A stretch of 49,740 nucleotides of DNA, filler included, from Sphacelaria rigidula (taxonomy: Eukaryota): assembly GCA_964200075.2 (NCBI GenBank). It is 3 parts of 3 records of this genome, joined end to end, with 100 filler letters (N's around TTAATTAATTAA, not from the genome) between each part and the next. Parts side by side here need not be neighbours in the genome. Positions count along the whole stretch, not along the records: positions 1 to 16,516 come from CAXNAA020001330.1; 2 more parts are not named here. One strand, 5' to 3'. Under the pieces are notes generated by a model. The model saw only the letters and a list, made by a program, of their open reading frames with translations, did not search any database and was not told the DNA's origin. Every line of letters starts with the position of its first letter. Position 1 is the stretch's first letter. Positions 1 through 12,222 of the stretch are shown piece by piece. The translations under genes were made by a program, and so were the position numbers.

Positions 1-1084
1 GCCTGACCCCGTTTGAAACCAAATACACGCGCAACGTAAGTGGGGAAGGATGCCTGACACACTTACGAGCCTCTTTTTTCGTGCAACCAAATCCCCCCCC
101 CCCTATCGGAGGATGACTCCGACCTACTCCCGCGGTCTCACGGGTAACTTCTGCTGCGGAGGTTTGGAAAGGAAGATACTTTCGCTCTGTCTTACTCTTT
201 CGTATCTTCCCTGCAACAGAGAAATGGGACTTCAACCTCATTTTTTGTTTCAACCCCAAAAATTAGGATCGGCTGTTTAGTGGAGAAGTAGGAAGAATAA
301 GGTTTTCCCCAAATGGATTTGGCATTTTCCTCATTCTCGATCGCGGGTAGAGGGGGGGGGGGTGTGAAGGGGTGGCTCATGGATTTCGCGATATGGGACC
401 CCTCGCTGCATCACCAACTCCCCTTTAGCCTAACAAAAGACACATTTAGGGTCCTGCAAAAAAGAGCATCATAGCACTTTTCGGCATAAAAGTGACCGAT
501 CATCCGCACATGAAAAACACGAAACGTTGACTCCATGCTCTCGCCTGCTTTTACAGAACCATCCCACGGGTGGATGCTCGTGTTGTTACGTACTCTTACA
601 ATACTCGGTTAGACACGCTCCCCCCTCATGTAATTATCGTATCGGAACTCAGGGAAAACTCGTGGGTTATTTTCCTGGTCGCGGTTGGATGTACTCATTG
701 TGAGGTTACCCTGTGAGCTTGCATCTAAATGCATACTCCTCCTTCTTTTGTAATTTACAATAGCTTCGCGTTTTGCGGTCTCAACTAGCTCTGCCTGTTT
801 CCCGTCCATAAGTCACAGTTTTCCGGTCAACTCTTCCGTACTGTATTCCTTTTTTGTAGCCATTGCTCGACTGTAATGATTCCTCACTGTTGCTTGTTGT
901 TATCAATCCGTACGCTGGTACTGTGCTCAAACGTTTAAATCATATCACCTGTAGATCAGGTATGTTTCCCTTTTGGTTAGTCAGCCGAAGAAACTACTTC
1001 TGGTGTGCGACGTCTCTTCCTCGAATCTCCTGCGATGCACCTTACTGCACGGAAATGGTAGACGCGCAACTACTGCTGCTGTCC

Positions 1085-1430
1085 TTGTTCAAACTGTTCC
1101 AAACGCTCACTGCATGACTCCCTCAAGTTGACATAACGCGCTATTCTGCTGCTGTCTTCTGCTCCAACCGTACCAAACGCTCACTGCGTCACTCGCTCAA
1201 GTTGGCTCAACGCGCTATTGTGCTGCTGTATTTTGCTCAAACCGTATCACACGCTCACTGCGTCACTCACCCAAGTTGGCTCAAGCGCTCTGACTGCTGC
1301 TGTACTTGCCTCAAGTTGGCTCAAGCGCTATAACTGCTGCTGTATCTGCCTCAAGTTGGCTCAAGCGCTATGATTGCTGCTGCATTTGCCTCAAGTTGGC
1401 TCAAGTGCTATGATGGCTGTTGTATTTGCT
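1085..1430. repeat. Tandem array: three ~75-bp units followed by four 40-bp units
   Basis: ACGCTCACTGC recurs near 1103, 1177 and 1251. CAAGTTGGCTCAAG recurs at 1272, 1312, 1352 and 1392. Confidence 0.9.
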
Positions 1431-1527
1431 CACACTCGCTTACTTCCCTGTTACCCGGCTGCAATCGACCCGTTTCAAATCCGCTAGCGTAATTGATCAA
1501 GGGAGCGCCTCTTAGAGGACCTGCTCT

Positions 1528-1643
1528 GGGCGGGGGAATGTGTAGTACCTTCTTGTATTAATCTCGTCTACTCTTCACTCACCAAACATCAACCGTGCAC
1601 GCTCCACCCGAGCTGCTCTCTCTCACCTCAAAATGCAATAACA
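1528..1643 (+). mobile_element. Polypurine tract and short (~103 bp) 3' LTR of an LTR retrotransposon
   Basis: GGGCGGGGGAA (1528-1538) just before TGTAGTA...AATAACA (1541-1643, TG...CA ends). No second LTR is in the window. Confidence 0.5.
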
Positions 1644-1654
1644 AACACACCGAA

Positions 1655-2081
1655 AACACGGGATGTTACAAATTGGGGATGATAAATCCGGATAACTAAA
1701 ACCTTCGTATCCACATCAAATCTTCGAAATATGATTCCGTTTCTTCGCCTTCTGATAGCTATCGACAACTGCTACACGCCATAGACATTTGGACTTTGAT
1801 CACCAAAATGTTGAAGTCCTAGGGTGAAAAACAATTTCGGAACCATTTTTGGCGTCCGTTCGGACACCCGAAATTCCCAAAAAATAGTTTTCTACCTAGG
1901 ACCCCAACATTTTGGTGATCGAAATCCAAACTTCTATGGCGTGTAGTAGTTGTCAGTAGCTATCATTAGGTGAAGAATTGGAACCATATTTCGAACACAT
2001 GGTGTGGATACGAAGATTTTTTTTTTCCGGGTTTCTTATCCCCAATAAAAGATCCATCCCCAACTTGTAGGATCTCGTGTT
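1655..2081. mobile_element. Fold-back (almost fully palindromic) MITE-like element, ~430 bp
   Basis: Arms pair over ~200 bp (e.g. CTACACGCCATAGA/TCTATGGCGTGTAG, GATCACCAAAATGTTG/CAACATTTTGGTGATC) around the centre GGCGTCCG-TT-CGGACACC at ~1860. Confidence 0.85.
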
Positions 2082-5000
2082 CGAACAAGAATTATCCGGG
2101 AGGGTAAGCTTGCACACTGGGTTCTCTCATATGTTCATCATCCAGTCATAACACAACCGGTTACCGCAGACGATATCGGGTACTACTCATGATATGTCAT
2201 CAATCTGCCCCGCATGTACCCGTATTAATCCACGTATACATCCACTAGTGTTTAGGTCGGCATGTTCTATTAGCATCTACCTACTCAACCCTGCGGCATT
2301 AATCTCGAACTGAGCACAGGAATGCATACACTGCAGTGATGGGAAACTAACACCACCACACTTTTGGCATGTGGTTCTTTTGTGTTGGCGAGAACTCGGG
2401 ATCCAATTTTGTGGCAGGGTTCACCGACTGAGTTGCGTGTTGGAGTGGGCGATCGAATTGCCAACGCGCTCATGGACAGTCGAGGCGGTGCAAAACTGCA
2501 CGTGGTTCAAATCTGCTTCGCATCTTCCTGTATGCAGAGGGTCAGGACGCTGTGCTGTCTGTATGTCGCGTTGCTTGCTTCTTTTCCACATCACGCCTGC
2601 ATGCTGTGCGAAACACACACCATCTAACAGCATTACAGGCCGCTACTGTTGTACAGTCGGTTCTGTTTGCGCTGTACCTATATGTTAGTGAAGAAGTACA
2701 GCTTCACGGATTTCACCCAGTCTTTTCGATTCAAACCATGCAAATTCGCTCTGATCCAAAGATAGGAAAGCGAAGTGAGTCATTTCCGCCGCACGAACTC
2801 GCCCGAGTCGAAAAAAATCGAAAAGGCACGGCCTGAACCCCCCTTGCGATAAAAAATGAAGGCAAGCACCGCAGAAGGAAGGTGGAGAACCGAACAGTCT
2901 TGCGCGCAAAAATAAAATTGGAACAGAATCTGACCCTTTTTCGCCCCCGGCTACGGCGCCGCACCACGCAAGCGGAGATGAAACGATATGGGCTTGTTGG
3001 CTGTGCTTCACAGGTCATGTGGCCAAAGTTTCAGCGCGTGAAAGCACCCACAGCGCACGTATGGGCGTTCCTCCGCACCTCAAGTCCTCTTCAGCAGTGT
3101 GGGACTGGGTTTCGCAGATATTGTCATTTTCCAGCGGGCGTCCTAGTAGAGGTCGATGTTTGTTTCCCCTTGCTACAGCCGTCGAAGGACTCATGATGTG
3201 GATGTCAGTGCACCGGTGCATCAAAGTGTGTAACAAGGGTCGGTATACGGAGTTTCCGCCCCGGGTAGGCCGTGTGGAGGGCGTATGGTCCGTATTACGA
3301 GAACATCTTCCACCACCGCGCTAATATTCGTGCCGCGACGGAACGTGCCTCCGCTTGGTGTACATGCAGAGTGCATCATACCCAACTCGTGTGCCAAGTT
3401 TCACGTAGGGTCTTACACCCTGGGGGGAGAACTTCACAACCAAGGTTTCAGTAAAAACGGCATAATAATAGCAGTCGGCCAGTGAAGATACGGCGGGAAC
3501 GATTGCGCCGCATATTTCGCGTAGGGGAACAGAAAGCATGCAGCCGCCGTATCTTCACTCTGACTGTCCCGTCTTAGTGATGTCTATCGATGTGCAGGGG
3601 CCCGCAAGCGCTCTCTCGGGCTGCGTGCGGAACATGAAGTCGCGGCACCTAATCTTCCCCATGAGACCGTGGACAATAATGCATGCAACCTACAGCATCC
3701 ACCCGGCAGCAGCAATGCATATGTTTGACTGACTGTAAAAACTGTGTCGTGGACTCAGGGTGTGGGGGCGGGCGGGCGGCAGGTTCTCTGTTTTGAAGAC
3801 AGACTACTGGGTGGTTCTGTTCTTTTGTGTGTGCTTCTCGCCCTCTGCCATGCTGTCATGCGTTTTCACCTGACCGCCCATGTCCCTCTCCGGGTTTTGA
3901 AAAGCCCCGGTGGCAAAGTATGAAGGAAACGATATTACCGTCTCTTACAAAGCTCGAAGGGGCATCTCGACCTTGATCACGTTTCATCAATAAAAAAATA
4001 CCTTGCTAGCCATGGGATGGTAAAGTTGCAACATCGCGAAAGTATTTCCCTTTATGGCGCGGGGAGGAGGTGGAGGTATGCTGCAGCATTTCCTCCGGCC
4101 GTTGCAACACGGCTGTGCGAGCGTCATCCAGGAAATGATTTTACTACGAGTCAAGCGACGGTAGGGGTGCACATTTCAGTTCAAAATATTTCTGAGGCTG
4201 AACACTAAGGCTCGCCCACAATATGTTTGGGATGGAGAGTCCTACGGCAAAGAGGCTCAGGACATTGAAACAAACATCCCTGCGCTGATATAGCCCTCAG
4301 GATTTGCTAGCGTGCGACCATTTTGGTCCATCACTTAAGAGGGTTCTCCCGCTGTAACCAAACATAGGCGCGTAGGTGTTTTCCTCTAACACGACTTCCT
4401 CTAGACTGCATCGGACAGTGAAGACATCCCCGCCTGGGCCAACCAGCGCTCGCCACCGACGGAGATATCCCAGACACGGGGAAAAGTTCCTGCACAATTT
4501 TAACTGTGGACTCCCGGACGGTACTTTACAGTATTAGACTGAGGCCCGCCGTGTGGAAGAATCGCTGCAGAAAACAGTTTTGAAAGAGACTACGGGCGCC
4601 GGCCCGGCGGGCATACACAACATTCACGCGGGGCAGACATTTCAGGGGCGTTGTGACCGATAAGCGGGACGATGCAAACATTTTGTTTGCAACACTACCG
4701 TTCCGCGATCGCGACGCCTTCAGCGGCATGTAGTGCCTCCCCTATTGTTGGCCTGCGGATCAGCGTCCGGTTACGGGTAGACAACACGAAATCCCGACCC
4801 TCATCGCACACTAGTCACCCTGCGTTTGGTAGACACACCCCGTCTTCCAATTTTACAGTGGTACAGTCTGCGATGCTGTCAGCTCCATATTTACGGCATA
4901 CATAACCCCCGGCAACTTCACAAACCCTGCCCTGAAACCTAGTGGCCCTCTACTCTCGCTTCATCGCCGGCGTGAAACTCCGTTATTCCCCACCTCCCGC

Positions 5001-5325
5001 GTCACGAGTGACTGCCAACACCTGATCACGAACGAGATACGCGCGGTGAACACGGTTGAACTTCGACATCAATGGTGGCCACGGACGGCGAAACAGGGCC
5101 GGAATAAGGTATGTAAAGGGATTTTGTGAAGTCTATGTAATGAGCTTTATGAACACCCCACTGTTGGAGGTGTCTCCATCACGAGTAAGAGCGGCACTCC
5201 GTGTCGAAAGGGATGCGTGGTCAACGGTGAAACGACAAAGGCAATCAACAATTGAGTCTCCCCCCCCTCCCCCCGCAATGCGCACCTCCCGCGTACAGTA
5301 TGATATCCGCTGAAACTGTGCTCTG

Positions 5326-8300
5326 TCATGCCAGGGTTGCCCGTTCGAGGCAGCGGTCGACCTCGTCCATGCCGATGTCGTCGCTGAAGTCAAAACATGC
5401 ATCCGAGCAGGTGCTGCCGTCCATGTCCGACCCGACCGACATGGGATCGGCGATTTCATCTTTACCAGTGTCACGTTGCCCTCCCGTCTCCCACCGCAAC
5501 ACTTTAGGGTATGAACCCGGTGCTGTGGCGTTGCTCGGGTTGCATCGCCCCTTACAGCGGCAGGGAATGGGATGACAACCTTTGCCCAATCTCGCGCAAG
5601 TGCACCTGCGCCGGCATTGGTGCTTCTCCGCCGCGGTAGGATTACACCCGCACGTAAGCTGCTTGATTTTGCCCGTGCTGTCGATGAATGCATGCTTCGA
5701 CAAGTTGAGGACAATGTTGTCATGTGTCACAGCCTCCCCTGCCTTGCCCGACGCCGTATTCCATCCGCGATCCTTGGAGTCAACATGGGGCATGGTATCA
5801 GTCATCCCCCACATCCAGTATTGGTCAATGGCCAAACGACTAAGGCAAGCAACAAATGAGTACGCCCCCCCCCCATCCAGTATTCTAAGACAGCAGCTGC
5901 TCGCTTGACCTGGCATCGTAACGCACCCTCTGGCGGAACCAGCTGCCTTGGCTTCGTGTCGCCCATCTGACACGTCAACAACCTCACCCACTTGACAAAT
6001 GTTGCAGTGCCTCCGCCGGCCTGATTGTAAAAAATATCCTGGGCGCGGGTTCCATTCGTCGAGAATGCGGATTCCCGTTTATAGTAAACCGCTACAGCGA
6101 GAAACTTCACTTCATCCTCATCGACTGCCACCGACCCGCCCTAAAATCGCAACAGCGCCTTCGGGAAGAGACCTGGCACGCGCAGGCCTTTGAGAAGCGC
6201 CTGACACATCGACTGGAAAGGCAGGCCATGGAAGTAGGGCAGAAAGTCACAAACACTCAGCAAGAACACCAGCACAAAAAGGGCGACCCTCAAACCGCCG
6301 TGTTCAGCCACCCACGTGCTACTCCCTTCCCACGCACCCACAGCACCATCTTGTAGATTCGTGACTGCTTCGTACACGCGATTGATGTTGACATATTCCA
6401 CGCCGTCGGCGACGGATCGTCACGCGCGTGCGCTCCTCGCCGTTGGTGCAAATGTTTCCCGCCGCCATAGCCAGGAGGACGATCATCAACTGATCCGTGT
6501 CGACAGACGTCACCAGCCCACCTCTCGATCCTTGCAGCACCACGCTCGAGGTACTTCGTGTGATTAATCAAGAGATGAACAGTTGCCACCTCCCCCTCTC
6601 CGATTTGCAGCCCAGTTTCGCGCTCGATCCGTCCCTGGTGACACATGCCGTCGCGCGCGTGGAGGAGATTTACGGGCACCGCGCAGCCGCGAGGCACATG
6701 CGCCAGATCCCCTCTGGCTGTGTCCCCCTCGTGGCGCCGGGTCTCGATTTCTTCGCGCGGTGCGCACGAGCGCGCGGGTACCTGATAAGCGTGGAGTGCA
6801 GGTGCCCCTATGGCATGCGCCGCCGTGGCGAAGGAGGGTAGAGGAGGCTGCGGCACAGGGGCGGAGCCCCCTCCTCTGCCCTCGCGGTCGCCCGTATCCG
6901 GCGCTTGTCCATCTCTGGCATCGACCGCGGCAGAATTTATCGCTGGTTCGCGCCACAGAGGTAGAGAGGCACTGCTGTATTCCGTTGGCTACGCATGGGA
7001 TTTCAACAGGAGACAGACACCATGCGAGGGGTTGGCGGGCAAGGCCATTACTCGCGACGGTTCATCCGCTCCGCACGGATGAAGCGCAGATCCTATGTCG
7101 TCCGCTCCGCCAGCGGCGTCAGCGGCGCCGAGTGCATGATCAAACGACATCTCTCCGCTCAGAATCGGGCGCCCTGGCGCCGCCGATGGGACCCGCCCTG
7201 CATGGATGGGACCCGCCCCCGCCACCCCTCCCCTGACGCTCAACAAGGGCATCAGGGGTCTGTTCACCGTCAAAGTGGCGAGCGGCCGGCGATTGGCCTC
7301 TACTGGTGCCGTGCAAGACACTCCCACATTCCCTTGTGCCGCGTGCAAGCCAGTGACAAAGTTGGGCGGTACGGACGGTGGCTGGCGGCCGGCGAGTCCC
7401 GCCAGACCGCCGGTGCTTGCAGTAGTCACTCCCTGCGGGTGTCCCTCACCCGGGGGTGCGTTCTGACGTGTCGCCGGTACGTCGCAGCCCCCCCCCGCCA
7501 TGTCCAGCGCCCCCCTCTTCTTCTCCGTGCTCTGCCGCAGCTGTGGTGGTCCTGTCATCCAGGCGTCTCGTTCGGCATGATGTTGCCGTCTCCGTCGCGT
7601 CACAGGAGACGGGAGAACGGAGGTGGTGCGGACTCCTCACATCCGGGCAGGTAGCGGTCGCCTCGACGCCGTAAAAAATGACCTTGGCGTCGGTCGCCAT
7701 AAACGCTTGCGTGTCACCGAGTGTGCTTTCGCGGATCGCTCGAGCCATATCAGAGCGAGCGATTGTCCGCCGCCCTGATGTATGACTGAAATTCCAACCG
7801 GGCAGGTAGCCCGTCCGTGCAAGTCGCGTTGAACACGCGATCGCACTTTTCCCCCTTGGCCTGTCGCCCTGCATGTTCATGCGCTTTTATGGGCGGCACG
7901 AGGTCGGACCGGTCGCAGCAGATGACCACCATCCTAGCGCCATGGGCGCAGTTTGCGATGATTTCCTCCGGTGATATTCCACGACTCCCGCCTCACCACC
8001 TGCGACAGCGTCAGGTGGTGGGGTCTTGTGTAACTCGCACGGGAAGTCCACCGCATGTCCCTCAGCCGAGTAGAACTCCTCGTCCCTGATGGCATCCGGG
8101 CACACCTTCTCCATAAACTTCCTCGGGCCCACAAATTTGTTTGCATGACGCAAACCTGCATTCAGGAGCGGCGGGCAGGAAGGAGGGGGGTGGGTGCTTG
8201 TCTGCATGAGGAGGATGTGGAAAGAATAGACCTCCCCCCCCCCCCCTCTCTTTCGCGAGGCACGACAATTGTTTAATGGATTGATTTTCTCACATTAGGT

Positions 8301-8445
8301 GCTCGCCACAATCTAGCCCGTCGTCAGGAGCAGCAAAAACACAGAAGAAACAAATACACAGAACAGACAGAAGCAATGGCCTCAGAAAAGAAACAAGAAA
8401 GGACACAGCGAGAACAACGAAGAGTACACCACCACCACCATCACC

Positions 8446-8477
<32 letters not shown>

Positions 8478-9420
8478 GCCACAAGAAGAGCAAGAACGAA
8501 TATCAACAGAAATAACGACAACTAACAGCGACCACGCGCACGAACACAAACAACAACACGGCGACCCCGCATGACGTACGTGGTTGCAACATTACACCTC
8601 GTGATCACCAAAAAAAGGAGTAAATTGAACCAAAATAAAAATTAAACAGAAATGAACGTGAAGAAAGGAGTAAAATAGGCAAGAAGACAGAGTCAGGCTC
8701 GTTCGCCGGGAGCGGTGGGGGTGCACAAACGAAACAAAAACGGCCAAGAAACTGCCAGGAACAAGAGATGAGCAAATCAGAGAGGGTACTAAACGCAGGG
8801 AGGCGCACACAACCGGTGATACATGACCTCCACTTTCAAGCAGTCATGGTTTCAAGACAGGTAGGTGCAACCACCCACCTTTATCAAAGATACATGCTTT
8901 GGCGGCGTTGGCATTGGGAGCGCTTGACACAGGGTGGTCTCAGCGGCGCAGCAGAGTATACCGGGCGAGACAGGGGTCATGGTAACGAACAGTTATAGAC
9001 GCGTAGGCCACAAGATCGGAAAATTGACTTTTTGAGGGGGGGTTGTCCCCCCGGTTTATTGCCGAAGCGCACGCGGCTGCGGTCAGCTGCGGAGCGCAGA
9101 GACCGTTGGCATGGAAGCAAAAGTCAATACATAAGCCCCGCAAAGCCCGCCAGACTTTGCGTTTTTTGTCAGTGCTTGTCAATCAATTTCTTGCTACAAA
9201 ATCAACAGAAAAAAATCCGAACTGTCTTCATGGTCAATTTCCTGCCGCTATGTTGACATAATTTATATACGCATAACGGCATATTTATTTCTGAAATGCT
9301 TGCATGGGGGTGGGGTGGGGGGGGGGGCAACGTGCTCGCAACCTTTTCTCCGTGCTGTCCAGTGGGCGAGACACAAGCAGCGGGGAGAATCGCACAGGAA
9401 TGTACCTCCATCAACGATCG
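5326..9420 (-). pseudogene. XPG/FEN/XRN-like 5' nuclease domain plus CXC finger of the Academ protein, fragmented
   Basis: Acidic motifs DG, D..K.E, GEGE, DTD and CD are spread across ORFs 9263-9877, 7750-7932, 6290-6856, 6319-6543, 6141-6401, 5802-6131 and 5326-5991. Confidence 0.72.
8276..8830 (-). mobile_element. 3' end of an (AATC)n-tailed non-LTR retroelement inserted in the Academ region
   Basis: Reverse complement resembles 35340-35640 (GCTCCTGAC.ACGGGCT.GATTGT...CTAATGTGAGA.AATCAA). Confidence 0.7.
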
Positions 9421-9861
9421 CCATGGCTTGCGGGACGACCGTCCCGAGGTGTAGCACAGCTTGCACGAGGTCCTCCGGCGTCACACGGTCGCCGCGACTG
9501 AGACGCGAAGTGAGGATGTTGTGATGTTCGACCGCCTGCATGCTGAGACTGTTCACACTTTTTTTCAAGGCCGAAGACCTCCCCTCCTGTTTCGTGGATA
9601 TCTTCCTGCTACGTGCCGGAGGGACGAATCTCATCTTCCGCTTCAGTGTGCCGTGAGCCGATGTGTCCTTGAACACGCATCTCTTGATGACCCCTGTCCA
9701 CACCTCTTGACACTGGGTAGGGACATCAAGGATTTCGGCTCCTTCCTGAGCTCTGAGCACGCGGCCGTCCAACGCCACGAGATTCTCGCGGCCGTCAGCG
9801 CTAAAGCCGAGGCAGTCACGCACGACTTTGACGGCACTGGCCACGGCGGGCTGACGTTTTT

Positions 9862-12222
9862 TTATGAGGCGACCCACGGCGCCTCCCTCGTGAGGAGGTG
9901 GAAGAACGCTTGCTCGATCTTGCCAATGGCCCTCTCGCGCGCGCCCACGATGGCAGCCAGCTTCGCGACAAAGGATTTCGTGATTTTCTTCGTTGCTCCC
10001 TTGTAGCCGCGGTTGGACATCTCTTGCCTCTCGTCCAATTCCAGGCGGGAGAAAGCATCCCCGCCCAACGGGGTCGAGAATAACTGGGTCAAGGCCCGGT
10101 GGTCGTCATCGGTCATGCGTGCCAGGGTCCTCAAGTGAACAGCAACTTTCCATTGGCATCGGTCCTTCCCGTAACCACAGAACATCGGTGCCGCCATGCG
10201 CAGGCAGGCATTAAGCAGCTTAAAATCTCCAGTGCGCACACCACTCCTCATCCCCGCGTACGCCGGGTAGTCGACGAGGAGGAATTCCGCCCAAACCTTG
10301 AACGTCTTGTGATCGACTGCTCGGCGCTTGATCCATTCCATGACCTGCTCAGCGCCGGCTGCTCCTTCGCGAAACGCTGGCCCTAGCTCGTCCCGCATGA
10401 TGGCCGTGATAGCCACAATGAAGGATTCGTAAAGGACCGTGAGCTGGTGGTGTGCCCGGCGGTAATTGGTCCCCTCTGCGGCGCTGGAATCGTCGTCACC
10501 GAGGTCTTTCGCCACGAACTCAAGGCCAGTACCCCACGTTATTTTCAGCAATGCCTTGGCAACGTGCATGAAAATGTGAAACTCCCCGGGCCACAGGAAC
10601 ACCTGCTCCAACATCTCTGGGTGCATCTGACAGTAACGGTAAACCCAGCGGAAGGTCTCCTCGTCCCCAGCTATCACGGTGCGGTGGCGTCCATCACGCT
10701 CGCCCAGCCCCAACATGCGGCAGACTCTGTGTAGGGCACGCTCACTTGCTTCATAGTCTTTAGTGGACCCCTCTTGGATAAACATGTGCACTGTCTGTTG
10801 CCGTATCCGGGGCTCCGGCAAGATAACACAGATAGGCACCGTGCGGAAGAGCACAAAGTTGGCATAACATACGCGAACGGAACACACTTGCAATACACGA
10901 CCGCCGTCTAACAGTCAACCATTAATCTCAGACTTCGGTACGGTTAGACGAGACAGCGGCATGTGTACCGGACACGGCACCATCATGCCGTCACTGTACA
11001 ACGTCAGCCTCGTGACACCCCAGCCGTTAACGTTCCCGCACGGTGCGGGCGATATCTCCTGGGGCCATAACGTGGGCACATGCGCGGCACGTATGCGATA
11101 GTCCCCCTTGGTGTGGCGAGGTGGACGTCAGCCGATGAACGTGAAGCACCCTCACGCCCGCACCCCACAGAAAATAATAAACGCGAACAAGTGACCCCGA
11201 CAGATTGCATGATACAACACGAACTATCCACTCCCACAAAATAAGAGCCAAAACTCTGCACTGGCGCAGACCCCCTTTCAACTGCTGAGAGATCGCACCC
11301 CTACGGTAGCATTTGTGCCCCACTCAAATGAACCAGATTCGAAACACCGGAACAGACGACGAAGCATACTTACCTTTCTCCACTCCGCTTCCATGCAAAT
11401 TTTATCGCCTCTTCGGCCACCAGCTGTGCTCCTGCAAGCGCTCCCGAAGAGATCCATCACGTGACTGTCATATATCTCTCGGGTTTGGTCAGGATGCAGT
11501 CCGTCCCTCACATCCACCACCGTGAGATCCTTGAGCGGGGTTCACTCCGAATAAGGAGATAGCTTTAAATTCCCGAGCTCTGGGTGGTCCTCTTCCACTA
11601 CCACGGCTGTTGCGGAAATAAAGGGCTGATATTGCGGCCCTTCGAGGTTCATGGTGGGATGCATGTCACAATTATCAAACGCCGCCGCGGCCACTCCCGC
11701 CCTCTGGGATATGGCGTGGTCTCCTCCCCGCCGCTGGACCACGAACTCTTTCCACTTCCTCGTCTGGCTGTCTGACAAGCGGATCTCAAGCCCCGCCATA
11801 AAATCATTCACTTTTCTCGTCGCCCCGCGAGATTTTAGCACCTGGGCCAGCATCCATGCATGGGGAGGCCTACTCGCGCGCCGCAGCACGGCAGTGATGA
11901 ACATCGTCACCAAGAAGTATGACAGGATCTCCTCTTTTGTGCTGTCGTTCCTTGTCTCGCCAGGGGCGAGTGGAACCGGCGCGGTTGTGTCGGCCGTATG
12001 CTCCACCTGCTGCGGCGCAGGTTCTTCGGTAACCCCACCCCCCATATCCCACCGAAACATCGCATGGAACAAAACGCGTAGCGACGTTGGCAATTTCGTC
12101 ATGTACTCAGATACGGGCACTAGCTCTCTCTCGATATCATCTACTAGCGTGGTGGACCTACGAACGTTCTTGAGCTCACGGAGGCGACGATATCGTCGCG
12201 CACGATCCACCCGGCTTTTCAC
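9862..12222 (-). pseudogene. Academ-type (DUF6589-like) DDE transposase core, frameshifted and probably intron-containing
   Basis: ORFs 11542-12222 and 9862-10893 carry the DN.D, GD and D...E signatures. There is a strong donor AAG|GTAAGT at 11373. Confidence 0.78.
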
